Shown: positions 21,877 through 32,164, counted from the first letter of the stretch. The stretch is 64,000 nucleotides of DNA from an uncultured Gemmatimonadales bacterium (GCA_963844035.1 CAWJMT010000037.1:96001-160000), one strand, 5' to 3'. The notes: generated by a model from the letters alone, not told the origin. Made by a program: numbers and translations.

Positions 21877-21884
21877 ACGGTTAA
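21869..21884. promoter_or_regulatory. Palindromic operator overlapping the ArsR start codon
   Basis: TTAACC-atac-GGTTAA. Confidence 0.7.
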
Positions 21885-21943
21885 GTGTTGCCTGTCGGCC
21901 CGCGCCTGTCAAGCGGCGCGCGCGCGCCATTATCTTCCACACG

Positions 21944-22339
21944 ATGCCGAGCGACCGGCGGACCTATTCCAGCGGCACGACCTGGGAGCCCCTCGTGGGT
22001 TATTCCCGCGCGGTGCGGGTCGGCAACGCGATCTACGTCGCGGGGACGACGGCCACCGGGCAGGACGGGCGCATTGTGGGGCCGGATGACGCCTATGCGC
22101 AGACGGTGCAGACGATCCGCAACATCGAGCGCGCGCTGCGGGCGTTGGGCGGGGGCCTCGAGTCGGTCGTCCGCACGCGGCTGTTCGTGCGCGACATCGC
22201 GGACTGGGAGCTGGTCGGCCGCGCCCACGGCGAGTTCTTTCGCGACATTCGTCCCGCCTGCACGCTGGTCGAGGTCTCGGGTCTGGTCGACCCCGCCATG
22301 CTGGTCGAAATCGAAGCGGACGCGGTCGTCGCCGGGTGA
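21944..22339 (+). CDS. RidA/YjgF family protein
   Basis: '[14 protein letters not shown]', '[12 protein letters not shown]', 'LVEIEADA'. Confidence 0.9.
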   Translation: MPSDRRTYSSGTTWEPLVGYSRAVRVGNAIYVAGTTATGQDGRIVGPDDAYAQTVQTIRNIERALRALGGGLESVVRTRLFVRDIADWELVGRAHGEFFRDIRPACTLVEVSGLVDPAMLVEIEADAVVAG

Positions 22340-24093
22340 CCCTCCCGGGTGACACTCTCGAGCCGCGCCCGCGGGGCGAGCAGCCGCCGCTCCCCGGGTG
22401 GGCCAAGACACTCCAGCGCCGCATCCGGCAGCGGGGGATCGACTTTTTCATCCTCCACGGACCCGGTGTGCGCGACCTCCACCCGCTCGGCGCGCGACGC
22501 TTCGGCGCCATGGGCGAATTTCTCACACAGGTACTGCTCAGCGACCGGTCGGCGATCATCAGCTACGATCGCGGTGCCGGGATCGGGTTCAGCGATCGCG
22601 ACGTCGAAAACGATTTCAAGACCGTCCTCAAAGCCTACGACAAGATCGGCGGGACGAACCTCGCGCAGCTGCAGCCGCGCGAGCCGGAGCGAGCGCTCCA
22701 GCTGATCGAAACGTATCTGCGCTACCAGCTCGCCGAGAACCGCCGTTTTTCGGCGGCGGTCGTCGTCGACTTCGGGGAGACGGTAGCACCCGCCGGCGAG
22801 CCCGGTCAGCTCCCGGCCGAAGATCGCAACGCGATCGTCACGCTGCGCCGTTGGGCCAGTGAACCGCTGTTTCTGCAGCGCTACGTGACCTTCTGCCTGC
22901 TCGCCGAGACGGCGGCGGCACTGTCTGCTGCCCTCGTGGGCGATGCCCGGACATTTGAGATCACCGTGCCGGTGCCCGACGAGCAGGAGCGCCACGCCTA
23001 CCTGGCGGGCCGCGGCAGCCGGCCCGAGACCTTCGCGAGCCTGGACTCGCGCCGCGCGGCGATCCTCACCGCGGGACTCACGCGGCTGCACCTCGAGAGC
23101 CTGCTCGCCGAGGCCGAAGCCAACGGCGCGGGGCTCGATCAAGACGCCCTCACGCGTGAGAAGAAACGGCTCATCGAAGAGGCCAGCGGTGGCCTCCTGA
23201 CGTTTATGACCAGCAGCCTCGGGTTGGACGCGGTCGCCGGCCACACGGGTGCCAAGGCACTGCTGCGGGAGACGGCGGGGGCACTGGCGCAGGGCCGCCT
23301 CGACGTGGTGCCGATGGGCTACCTGATCTGCGGTCCGGTCGGGACCGGCAAGAGCTTCATCGTGCGCTGCTTTGCGCGCGACATCGGGATCCCGGTCGTG
23401 GAGCTCCTCAACTTTCGCTCCAAGTGGCAGGGCCAGACCGAGGCCAATCTGGAGCGCGTCCTCGGGCTGCTCGATGCGATCGGTCCCGTCGCCGTGGTGG
23501 TGGACGAAGCTGACGCGGCCCTCGGCACGCGCGAGCGGGGGGGCGGGGACTCGGGCGTGTCCGAGCGAGTGTTCGCGTCGCTCGCGGCATTCATGGGCGA
23601 CACGAGGCGCCGGGGCAAGGTCGTCTGGTTCCTGATGACGAGTCGGCCCGACCTGGTTCCGGTGGACTTGAAGCGTCAGGGTCGCGCCGAGGAGCACATC
23701 GCGTTGTTTCCGCCCGCGACGATCGAGGAGCGCGCCCAGGTGTTCGAGAGTCTGCGCCGGCGGCTCGGCATCGCGCTCGAACCCGGGGTCGAGCCCGGCT
23801 CGCTCCTGGCGGAGAGTCCCGACGCGGTGTCAGCGGCGGACCTGGAGGCGATTCTGGTGCGGGCGGGGCGCCGGATGGCGGCGGGTGGCAGTACGGCGCT
23901 GAGCGCGTCTCTGCTGCGGGAGTTGATCCGCGATTTCCAGCCGCCGTCCTACCCGCTGGAGCTCGAGTATCAGCGCCTCATCGCCGCGTTCGAATGCACC
24001 AGCCGGCAGCTGCTCCCGCCCGATTTGGCGGCGCTTTCGCCGCAGGATATCGGCGCCCGGCTCGCCGAGCTGCGAACCGCGTTGGGTCGATGA
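22336..24093 (+). CDS. AAA+ ATPase
   Basis: Walker A 'GPVGTGKS', Walker B 'VVVDEAD', SRH-like '[16 protein letters not shown]'. Confidence 0.88.
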   Translation: MTLPGDTLEPRPRGEQPPLPGWAKTLQRRIRQRGIDFFILHGPGVRDLHPLGARRFGAMGEFLTQVLLSDRSAIISYDRGAGIGFSDRDVENDFKTVLKAYDKIGGTNLAQLQPREPERALQLIETYLRYQLAENRRFSAAVVVDFGETVAPAGEPGQLPAEDRNAIVTLRRWASEPLFLQRYVTFCLLAETAAALSAALVGDARTFEITVPVPDEQERHAYLAGRGSRPETFASLDSRRAAILTAGLTRLHLESLLAEAEANGAGLDQDALTREKKRLIEEASGGLLTFMTSSLGLDAVAGHTGAKALLRETAGALAQGRLDVVPMGYLICGPVGTGKSFIVRCFARDIGIPVVELLNFRSKWQGQTEANLERVLGLLDAIGPVAVVVDEADAALGTRERGGGDSGVSERVFASLAAFMGDTRRRGKVVWFLMTSRPDLVPVDLKRQGRAEEHIALFPPATIEERAQVFESLRRRLGIALEPGVEPGSLLAESPDAVSAADLEAILVRAGRRMAAGGSTALSASLLRELIRDFQPPSYPLELEYQRLIAAFECTSRQLLPPDLAALSPQDIGARLAELRTALGR

Positions 24094-24196
24094 GCCGCGG
24101 GTCGCCCGGCCCGGAGTGCCTGTCCACCCGCGCCGGGGGTTGTTACGTTCTCGCACTCACCGACGCGGTACGTATCACCAGCCCTTGGGGGAGTCG

Positions 24197-25303
24197 ATGA
24201 AGATTGGGGTCCCGAAAGAGACCGCGGTCAACGAGCGCCGGGTGGCGGTGACCCCGGACGTGAGCCAGCGGCTCGTCAAAGCCGGTCTGACGGTGCTGGT
24301 CGAACGGGGCGCCGGCGAGGCGGCGTCGTTCACCGACGAGGCCTACCGCACAGCCGGCGCCGAGCTTGCCGGAACCGCGGCGGATATCGTCGGGCAGAGC
24401 GACGTCCTGCTCAAGGTGCAGCCCCCAACCACCGCGGAGGCAGGGCTGTGCCGCGAAGGGTCCGCGTTGGTGGCCCTGTTCCAACCCTCCGCCGCCCGGG
24501 AGGCCGTGGCGCGGCTCGCCAGCCGCAAAGTCACGGCCTTCAGCCTGGCGCTCCTCCCCCGGATCACGCGGGCGCAGCCGATGGACGTGCTGTCGTCCCA
24601 GGCCACCGTCGCGGGGTACCGGGCGGTGCTGATGGCCGCGATGCAGACCGGCCGGTTCTTCCCGATGCTGGTCACGGCCGCCGGCACGCTCACTCCGGCG
24701 CGCGTGCTGGTGTTGGGCGCCGGTGTTGCGGGCCTGCAGGCGATCGCCACGGCGCGGCGCCTCGGCGCCGTCGTGTCGGCGTTCGACGTGCGCCCCGCGG
24801 TCAAGGAGCAGGTCGAGAGTCTCGGGGCCAAGTTCGTCGCGATGGAGATCACCGAACAGGCGGAAACCGCCGGCGGGTACGCCACCCAGCTGTCCGACGA
24901 GACGCATCGGCGCGAGCTCGAGTTCATCGCGCAGCAAGTAAGAGACATCGACATCGTGATCACCACGGCGGCCATCCCCGGCAAGAAGGCGCCGACGCTG
25001 ATCAGCGCGGCGGCGGTCGAGGGGATGAAACCGGGCTCGGTGATCGTGGACCTGGCGGTCGAGACGGGCGGCAATTGCGAGCTGTCGCAGCCGGGGAAGG
25101 ACGTGGTGCGCAAGGGTGTCACGATCCTCGGGCCGCTGAACGTGGCGAGCACGTTGCCGTATCACGCCAGTCAGATGTACGCGCGCAACATCTCGAGCTT
25201 CCTGCTGCACCTGGTCAAGGACGGTGCGCTGGCCCTCGATTTCAATGACGAGATCATTCGCGACACGTGTGTGACTCACGCCGGGGAGGTACGGAAAACA
25301 TGA
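24197..25303 (+). CDS. pntA: NAD(P) transhydrogenase alpha subunit, domain I
   Basis: 'MKIGVPKE', 'PRITRAQPMDVLSSQ', 'GAGVAGLQAIATA', 'ASQMYARN'. Confidence 0.95.
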   Translation: MKIGVPKETAVNERRVAVTPDVSQRLVKAGLTVLVERGAGEAASFTDEAYRTAGAELAGTAADIVGQSDVLLKVQPPTTAEAGLCREGSALVALFQPSAAREAVARLASRKVTAFSLALLPRITRAQPMDVLSSQATVAGYRAVLMAAMQTGRFFPMLVTAAGTLTPARVLVLGAGVAGLQAIATARRLGAVVSAFDVRPAVKEQVESLGAKFVAMEITEQAETAGGYATQLSDETHRRELEFIAQQVRDIDIVITTAAIPGKKAPTLISAAAVEGMKPGSVIVDLAVETGGNCELSQPGKDVVRKGVTILGPLNVASTLPYHASQMYARNISSFLLHLVKDGALALDFNDEIIRDTCVTHAGEVRKT

Positions 25304-25626
25304 CCGAAGGATTGCTGGCGGCCCAGGCTGCCACGGGCGATCACGGGACGGTCGACTACTGGTCGATGCTGTTCGTGTTCGTGCTCTCGACCTTCATCGG
25401 GTTGGGCGTGATTCGGCGCGTGTCCCGGCTGCTGTACACGCCGCTCATGTCGCTCACCAACGCGATCTCGGCCATTGCGGTCGTCGGCTCGATCGTCGTC
25501 GCCGGGGCCGAGTACCCGGTCGTCATCCGAGTCATGGGAGCGGTCGCGTTGTTCGCGTCGATGACGAACATCGTGAGCGGGTTCATGATCACGGACCGCA
25601 TGCTGAAGATGTTCAAGAAGCAATGA
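25300..25626 (+). CDS. pntAB: NAD(P) transhydrogenase alpha subunit, membrane part
   Basis: 'LYTPLMSLTNAISAI', 'GFMITDRMLKMFKK'. Confidence 0.92.
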   Translation: MTEGLLAAQAATGDHGTVDYWSMLFVFVLSTFIGLGVIRRVSRLLYTPLMSLTNAISAIAVVGSIVVAGAEYPVVIRVMGAVALFASMTNIVSGFMITDRMLKMFKKQ

Positions 25627-27029
25627 CGCACGCCGTCGCCGAGTTCGCCGCCGTTCTTGCCACGGCGCTGTTCATTTTCGCGTTGTACTGGATGGGCGAC
25701 CCGAAGACCGCGCGCCGCGGTGTGATGGCGGGGATCGGGGGAATGGTCGTGGCCGTCCTGGCGACCTGGATCCAGCCGGAGATCGTGCACCACGCGTGGA
25801 TCGTCGTGGCGATTATCGCGGGCTTCGCCGTTGGCATTCCCCTGTCGCGCGTGCCGCTCACCGCCGTCCCGCAGCGGACCGCCCTCTCGCACGCGTTCGG
25901 CGGACTCGCGGCCGGCCTCGTGGGTACCGCAGAGTACTTCCTCGGCGCGGGGCACAACCCGGAGCAGCTCACGGCGTTCCGGATGAGTGCCATCGTCGTC
26001 GAGGTGATTCTGGGATTCCTCACGTTTACGGGGAGTCTCATGGCGGCCGGGAAGCTGCAGGAGGTGAAGTGGATCCCGCAGCGTCCGGTCACCTACCCGG
26101 GGCAAAACGTCGTGAACGTCGGCGTGCTGGTGCTCGCCGCGATCCTGGGTGTCCTCGTCGTGCTGCATCCGACGGCGGCCTGGTCGGGACAGGCATTCTA
26201 CGGCATCGTCGCTCTGGCGATCCTGTTCGGGGTGCTGCTTATCATCCCGATCGGGGGCGCGGACATGCCCACGGTCATCTCGATCCTGAACGCCTACGCC
26301 GGCCTCTCGGCGGTGGCGATGGGCTTCGTGCTCAACAACAAGCTGCTCGTCACGGCAGGCGCGCTGGACGGCTCGAGCGGCCTGATTCTGTCGATCATCA
26401 TGTGCCGCGCGATGAATCGCTCGTTCACGAACGTGCTGTTCGGGGCGTTCGGCACGGTGCAGAAGGCCGTGGCGGTCGGGGAGCAGAAGACCTGGAAGCA
26501 GGAGACCCCGGAGGGCGCCGCGCAGATGCTGGAGCAGGCCCGACTCGTGGTGATCGTCCCGGGATACGGGATGGCGGTGGCGCAGGCGCAGCACAAGGTG
26601 CGCGAGCTGTACGATCACCTCACCAAGCGGGGGATCACGGTCAAGTTCGCGATCCACCCGGTCGCAGGGCGAATGCCCGGCCACATGAACGTGCTGCTCG
26701 CCGAGGCCGACATTCCCTATACGGCGCTGGTCGAAATGGACGAGGTCAATCCGGAAATGCCGCAGTGCGACGTCGCACTCGTGATCGGTGCCAACGACGT
26801 TGTGAACCCGGCCGCCCGCTACGCCAAGGGGAGTCCCATCTACGGCATGCCGATCATTGCGGCGGACAAAGCCAAGACCGTCCTGGCTATCAAACGCAGC
26901 AAGAATCCCGGGTTCGCCGGGATCGACAACGAGCTGTACGTGCTCGACAATACCTGGATGTTGTTCGGCGACGCCAAGGCGGTGCTGGGCGACCTCGTGA
27001 AGCAGTTCAGCGGGGGCGGCTTACACTAG
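25623..27029 (+). CDS. pntB: NAD(P) transhydrogenase beta subunit
   Basis: 'IGGADMPTVISILN', 'HPVAGRMPGHMNVLLAEA', 'GANDVVNP'. Confidence 0.96.
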   Translation: MTHAVAEFAAVLATALFIFALYWMGDPKTARRGVMAGIGGMVVAVLATWIQPEIVHHAWIVVAIIAGFAVGIPLSRVPLTAVPQRTALSHAFGGLAAGLVGTAEYFLGAGHNPEQLTAFRMSAIVVEVILGFLTFTGSLMAAGKLQEVKWIPQRPVTYPGQNVVNVGVLVLAAILGVLVVLHPTAAWSGQAFYGIVALAILFGVLLIIPIGGADMPTVISILNAYAGLSAVAMGFVLNNKLLVTAGALDGSSGLILSIIMCRAMNRSFTNVLFGAFGTVQKAVAVGEQKTWKQETPEGAAQMLEQARLVVIVPGYGMAVAQAQHKVRELYDHLTKRGITVKFAIHPVAGRMPGHMNVLLAEADIPYTALVEMDEVNPEMPQCDVALVIGANDVVNPAARYAKGSPIYGMPIIAADKAKTVLAIKRSKNPGFAGIDNELYVLDNTWMLFGDAKAVLGDLVKQFSGGGLH

Positions 27030-27045
27030 CCGTCCTACCAGACCC

Positions 27046-28668
27046 GTGCCCCCGCTTTCCGCCACGACGTTCACGACCACCCTCGCCCTCGTGGGCGTGG
27101 TCGTGATGGTGGCGGCGCTGTTGTCGGGCGTAGTGGATCGGTGGCGCCTCCCGCAGGTCGCGGTCTTTCTGCTGCTCGGCCTCGTGCTCGGCTCGAACGG
27201 GCTCGGGCTCGTCGTCTTCGACCTCACCTCTCCCATCCTGCAGACGATCGCCACGATCGCACTCGTCCTGGTGCTGTTCACGGACGCCGTGTCGGTGGAC
27301 GTGGCCAAGGTCAGCCGGCACCGGCGCCTCGCATTCCTGGTGCTGGGCCCCGGCACGATGCTGACCGCGGGCCTCATCGCCCTCGCGGGGTGGGCGCTGC
27401 TGGGGCTGCGACCTGCGCCCGCCGTCATCCTCGGCGCGGCGCTCGCCTCCACCGACCCCGTGATGATGCGTGGCCTGCTGCGCGGGACCGACGTGCCGGG
27501 CGCCGCGCGACAGGCGCTGGGGCTCGAAAGCGGTCTCAACGACATCGTCTTGCTCCCGGTCGTGCTTGTCGCGATGGCGTTCCTCGGCGGGAGCGGCGGC
27601 GAGGCGCACTTCGGCCGCATGGCGCTGGATCTGTTCGTGCTGGGCCCAGGGGCGGGCGTCGTGCTCGGGTTCCTGGGCGTTGCCGCGCTCGACCAGGTGC
27701 GCCGCAAGCTCACCGTACGCCGCGACTACGAATCGCTGTACGCCCTCGGCGTCGCGTTCACGGCGTACGCGGCGGCGGAGGCCGTGCACGGCAGCGGGTT
27801 CCTGGCCGCGTTCACCGCCGGCCTGACGATTGCCGTGGTCGATGCCGAGCTGTGCGATTGCTTTCTCGATTTCGGCCAGGCGGCCGCCGAGATGTTTCTC
27901 TTGCTGACGTTTGTGGCGCTTGGCAGCTCGCTCATCTGGACCGGGCTCTCCGGCGTCACCTGGGCCGCGCTCGCGTTCGCAGGGATAGCCCTGTTTGCCC
28001 GCTCAGCGGTGCTGCTCGTGGCGCTGCGCGGCCAGCCGCTCGACCCCCGCAGTCGTCGCCTGATCGTCTGGTTCGGGCCGCGCGGCCTGAGCTCGCTGCT
28101 GCTGGTGCTGCTCCCGGTATTCGCGGGCCTCCCGGGCGCGGAGGGGTTGTTTGCCCCAGCCGCACTGGTCGTGCTGTTATCGGTCGTGATTCACGGCGGA
28201 GCGCAGATGATCCTGGGGAAGGGGGACGGGGGAAGAGGGAAGGGCGCTCCCTTGCCGATCGCCGACGCGGCTCCCGCTTCCGACCCGGTGCCCAGGAACG
28301 ATCTTGTTGCGAACACTGAGACGATCACGCTGGATGAGCTGCGACGGGTGCAGGCCGCCGGTGAACGCGTCTGGCTGCTCGACGTGCGGAAGGAGGGGGC
28401 CTACAGCGAGGCGGACACCCAGGCGCGCGGTGCACTTCGCGTGTCACCCGATGGCAACGTTGCGGTACGCGCCGCGGAGCTCGCGCTGCCGCGCCACGAC
28501 TGGCTCGTCGCATACTGCGCCTGACACAGCGAAGCCACAAGCGCCCGGGTGGCGCTAAGCTTGAGAAAAGCCGGCTGGTCCAGGGCGCGGGCCCTGGTGG
28601 GTGGGTGGACGGTGTGGCAGGCGGCGGAGATGCCGGTGGAGCCGAAGCCCGCTACTCCTCCTGGATGA
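27046..28668 (+). CDS. Cation:proton antiporter (CPA1/NhaP-like) fused to C-terminal rhodanese domain; in-frame TGA at 28522-28524 probably selenocysteine
   Basis: 'ASTDPV', 'ESGLND', 'WFGPRGLSS'; rhodanese 'LLDVRK...VAYCA[TGA]HSEATSARVALSLRKAGWSRARALVGGWTVWQAAEMPVEPK' continues in frame to TGA at 28668. Confidence 0.85.
28532..28562 (+). promoter_or_regulatory. Bacterial SECIS-like hairpin
   Basis: AAGC-caca-AGCGCC-cgggt-GGCGCT-aa-GCTT; apical loop begins 21 nt after the UGA. Confidence 0.7.
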
Positions 28669-29137
28669 CGGTGATCTTGTACCCGTCGGGGTCGGTGATC
28701 GCGAACGCGTAGTCGCCCCACGGGGTTTCCCGGGGCTCGTAGTCCAACCGGACGCCGCTCGCCTTGATGCGGGCGGCGATCGCCGCGATGTCCTGCGCCG
28801 TCGCGAGCCACAGCCGCACCCCGTCACCTTTCGCGCGATCGCGGCCCTTCGTGAAATCGTCCTGCGACAGCATCAGGTCGCACACGCCCGCTTTCATCTG
28901 TATGCCCAGCAGTTTCCCGTTGTCTTCCCATCGCTCCCCCGGCCAGAAGCGCAGCACATCGCGGTACCAGGCGATGCTGCGCGTCAGGTCGTTCACCGTG
29001 AGCGAGGCGGCCAGGGAACGCAGCCGCAGCGACTCGGGCTGCTGGCGTTGAGCGAGCGCGGGGGACTTCGGGGCACGCTTCGGGGTGGACTTCTTCGGTG
29101 CGGGTTTGCGGGCGGGCTTCTTTTTCTTGGGCGCCAT
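28652..29137 (-). CDS. VOC/glyoxalase family protein with Lys/Pro-rich N-terminal tail
   Basis: 'LTVNDLTRSIAWYRDVL', 'PWGDYAFAITDPDGYKI'. Confidence 0.88.
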   Translation of the reverse strand: MAPKKKKPARKPAPKKSTPKRAPKSPALAQRQQPESLRLRSLAASLTVNDLTRSIAWYRDVLRFWPGERWEDNGKLLGIQMKAGVCDLMLSQDDFTKGRDRAKGDGVRLWLATAQDIAAIAARIKASGVRLDYEPRETPWGDYAFAITDPDGYKITVIQEE

Positions 29138-29247
29138 CGGACGTCCCTCCCTGGTACGGTCCGGAATCGAGGCATGGACGGGAGCAAGCGTAGCGTCCGG
29201 TGCACCCTTGCGCCAGATTTCACGCCCCCACGCTCACGGAGCCTGTC

Positions 29248-29676
29248 ATGACCACCAGTCGCGCCAGCGCCGTATGGGAAGGCAAGCTTAAGGACGGGAA
29301 AGGCAGCTACAAGGCGGCGAGCGGGACCTTCAGCGGCGCCTATTCGTTTCGTACACGATTTGAGGGAGCCGCGGGCTCGACCCCCGAGGAGCTGCTCGCC
29401 GCCGCCCACGCGGCGTGCTACAGCATGGCGCTGTCCCATGACCTCGATGGGGCCGGCACCCCGGCGACTCGGGTGACCACGGAGGCCGCCTGCACCATCG
29501 ACAAGGTGGGTGACGGCTTCAAGATCACCACGATGGAGCTCAAGGTGCGCGGGAAGGTGCCGGGGATCGACCAGGCCAAGTTCCAGCGGGTGGCCGAAGC
29601 GGCAAAGAACGGCTGTCCGGTGTCTGGCGCGCTCAAGGGCAACGTGCAGATAAAGCTCGACGCGAAGCTCGAGTAA
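29248..29676 (+). CDS. osmC: OsmC family peroxiredoxin
   Basis: 'VWEGKLKDGKG', 'PEELLAAAHAACYSMAL', 'AKNGCPVS'. Confidence 0.93.
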   Translation: MTTSRASAVWEGKLKDGKGSYKAASGTFSGAYSFRTRFEGAAGSTPEELLAAAHAACYSMALSHDLDGAGTPATRVTTEAACTIDKVGDGFKITTMELKVRGKVPGIDQAKFQRVAEAAKNGCPVSGALKGNVQIKLDAKLE

Positions 29677-29689
29677 CCGAGGGGGAACG

Positions 29690-30397
29690 GTGCAGCGGCG
29701 TGGTCGCGACCTGTTGGGAGTGGGAATCGCGCTCGTCCTCGCGGCCACGTGTGTGCGGTTGGGGTTCTGGCAGCTCTCCCGCCTCCACCAGCGCCAGGCG
29801 CGGAACGCGAGCGCGCGGGCCGGGTGGGCGCTGCCGCCACTCGAGGTGACGGGGACCACCCCGCTGGACTCGGTCCACAACCGCCGCGTGCACGTACGGG
29901 GAGCGTATGACTTCGGCCACGAGCGTATGTGGCGGCCGCACATGCTGGACGAAGCACCGGGCGTGAATCTCGTCACGCCACTCAAGCTTGGCGACGGCGC
30001 TGCGGTGCTGGTGGATCGTGGCTGGGTGGCGTCGCCCGACGCCTATCACGTGGACGAGCGCGCGTTCCAGGAGCCTGAGTCGGCTGATGTCGCAGGACTC
30101 GCGTTCGCCGCACCGCGCGGTCACGGCGATGTGGATCCGGCGAAGTTGCAGGATTCTGTGCCGTACGCGTTGCTGCCGTTCGTCGTCCAGCAGCTCCCCG
30201 ACTGTCCGTCCGTTGTGCCTGGCAGTACCTGTGTGCCTCCTGCGTCTCCTGCGCCTGGTGGTCTCCCGCGCCGGTTGCCGCCGCCCGAGCTTACGAACGG
30301 CCCTCATCTTTCCTACGTGATTCAGTGGTTCAGTTTCGCCACGATCATCCTCGTTGGCTCCTTCGTGCTGTTCCGTAAGAAGCCGCAGACAGCGTAG
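29690..30397 (+). CDS. SURF1 family protein
   Basis: 'LGFWQLSR', 'VLVDRGWV', 'HLSYVIQWFSF'. Confidence 0.9.
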   Translation: MQRRGRDLLGVGIALVLAATCVRLGFWQLSRLHQRQARNASARAGWALPPLEVTGTTPLDSVHNRRVHVRGAYDFGHERMWRPHMLDEAPGVNLVTPLKLGDGAAVLVDRGWVASPDAYHVDERAFQEPESADVAGLAFAAPRGHGDVDPAKLQDSVPYALLPFVVQQLPDCPSVVPGSTCVPPASPAPGGLPRRLPPPELTNGPHLSYVIQWFSFATIILVGSFVLFRKKPQTA

Positions 30398-30634
30398 TTG
30401 CGAGCGCGGGGCTACCGCGAACCCGGCCGAATCGTTACCTTGTTTGCGCAAGGCAAGAACCGCGAGCTGGCATCCTTCCGAAGGACGGTCCCGCTCAGGA
30501 GCGGGCACCGGCGCTGTACACACGCTCGGTCTCATTCCCAGGGTTCAAAAAACAAAATTGTGACGCTGCAACGCAGTGGCCTGGCCACTGGCGGCGTGCG
30601 TGTGTGTGTATTTCAGAAAGGGAAGTGTTTCCTA
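30398..30634 (+). promoter_or_regulatory. Long structured leader of the DEAD-box helicase gene
   Basis: Hairpins TCCTT/AAGGA, CCCGCT/AGCGGG and CAGTGGC/GCCACTG plus long-range TACACACGC/GCGTGTGTG complementarity. Confidence 0.45.
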
Positions 30635-31849
30635 ATGCCATTTACATCCCTGGGGCTTGCCCCAGAGCTCGTCCGCGCCGTAGCCGACGAAGGCTACGAG
30701 CTCCCGACACCCATTCAGCGCGAGGCGATTCCGCTGGCGCTCGCGGGCCGCGACCTGATCGGCTCCGCGCAGACCGGCACCGGTAAGACCGCTGCCTTCC
30801 TGTTGCCGATCCTGCAGCGCCTGTCCACCGGCCCCCAGCATGTGCTGCGCGCCCTGATCCTCGTTCCCACCCGCGAGCTGGCCGAGCAGGTGGTCGAGAG
30901 CGCGCGAACCTATGGCCGGCATCTCCAGGTCACAGCGGCGGCGATCTATGGGGGAGTAGGCATGGAGCCGCAGACGCGGGCGTTAGCCCGGGGTGTGGAC
31001 ATTGTCGTCGCGACGCCCGGCCGGCTGCTCGATCACATCGGGCGGGGCCACCTCAACTTTTCACGCATCGAAGTGCTGGTGCTCGACGAAGCCGATCGCA
31101 TGCTCGATATGGGCTTCGCACCCGACGTGCGCCGCATCCTGGACGAGCTGCCCGCCGAGCGGCAAACGATGCTCTTCTCGGCAACGATTTCCGCGGATGT
31201 CGACCGGCTGGCGCAGCGCGCGATGCAGGGGCACGCGTCGGTCGAGATCGGCCGCCGGGCGGCGCCTGCCGAGGGCGTCGAGCACGTGCTGGTGGCGGTG
31301 GACAAGCTGCAGAAGCGGGGGGCGCTCGCCCGCGTGCTTCAGGCGAAGCCCGCCGGGCAGACCCTCGTATTCACCCGCACGAAGTACGGGGCCGACAAAC
31401 TGGTCACGTTCTTGCGGCGCGAGAACATCATGGCCCACGCAATCCACGGCGACAAAGCGCAGAGCCACCGCCAGCGCACGCTCGAGCTGTTCCGGAGCGG
31501 CGAGGCGGACATCCTGGTCGCGACCGACATCGCCGCCCGGGGGATCGACGTGGACGGCATCCGCATGGTCGTGAACTTCGACGTTCCCACCGATCCCGAG
31601 GTGTATGTGCACCGGGTCGGCCGGACGGCGCGGGCGGGCCACAGCGGAGTAGCGCTGACGCTGATGTCGCCGGACGAGTGGCTGCTCGTGGCGGACATCG
31701 AGAAGCTGATCGGGCAGTCATTCCCGCGGGAGGTGGTCCCGGGGTTCGAGCCCGTGGCCAAGCCGCCCGCATCCCGGGCGGCCATCGTGGCGACGCCCAG
31801 GCCGGCGCGGTCGATGGGGGTACGCGCGGGCGGGCGGCGCCGCCGCTAA
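30635..31849 (+). CDS. DEAD-box RNA helicase (RhlE-like)
   Basis: Q motif, 'AQTGTGKT', 'PTRELA', 'DEAD', 'SAT', 'ARGID', 'HRVGRTARAG'. Confidence 0.95.
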   Translation: MPFTSLGLAPELVRAVADEGYELPTPIQREAIPLALAGRDLIGSAQTGTGKTAAFLLPILQRLSTGPQHVLRALILVPTRELAEQVVESARTYGRHLQVTAAAIYGGVGMEPQTRALARGVDIVVATPGRLLDHIGRGHLNFSRIEVLVLDEADRMLDMGFAPDVRRILDELPAERQTMLFSATISADVDRLAQRAMQGHASVEIGRRAAPAEGVEHVLVAVDKLQKRGALARVLQAKPAGQTLVFTRTKYGADKLVTFLRRENIMAHAIHGDKAQSHRQRTLELFRSGEADILVATDIAARGIDVDGIRMVVNFDVPTDPEVYVHRVGRTARAGHSGVALTLMSPDEWLLVADIEKLIGQSFPREVVPGFEPVAKPPASRAAIVATPRPARSMGVRAGGRRRR

Positions 31850-31850
31850 G

Positions 31851-32135
31851 CTACTTCAGGCTCTTCAGGAACTCCGGGACCGGGATCGCCGGCAGCGTCA
31901 GCAGCCGCACGCTGCCGCGCGCTCCCAACGCCGCGGAGACGCGGGCGATGGTGGAGTTGTCCGGCGCTTCCACGATGTTGACGAAATCATAGGCGCCCAG
32001 GGTGGCATACTGAGCGATCACCTTGGCGCCGAGCTTTTCGATTTCCTTGTTCACTTCCTGAAGCCGGGCCGGGTTCTGCATGAGGGTCTTGGCGCCCTCG
32101 TCGGTCAGGTTCGACAGCATCACGTACGTGGCCAT
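31851..32135 (-). CDS. GYD domain protein
   Basis: 'MATYVMLSNLTDEG', 'YATLGAYDFVNIVEAPD'. Confidence 0.88.
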   Translation of the reverse strand: MATYVMLSNLTDEGAKTLMQNPARLQEVNKEIEKLGAKVIAQYATLGAYDFVNIVEAPDNSTIARVSAALGARGSVRLLTLPAIPVPEFLKSLK

Positions 32136-32164
32136 CGGTCTCTCCTTGTCAGACGGTATTCGCC

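Noticed and set aside
22336..24093. AAA ATPase as part of a defence or secretion system
   Set aside because: Neighbours are ridA and pntAB; no partner nuclease, protease or secretion genes are present.
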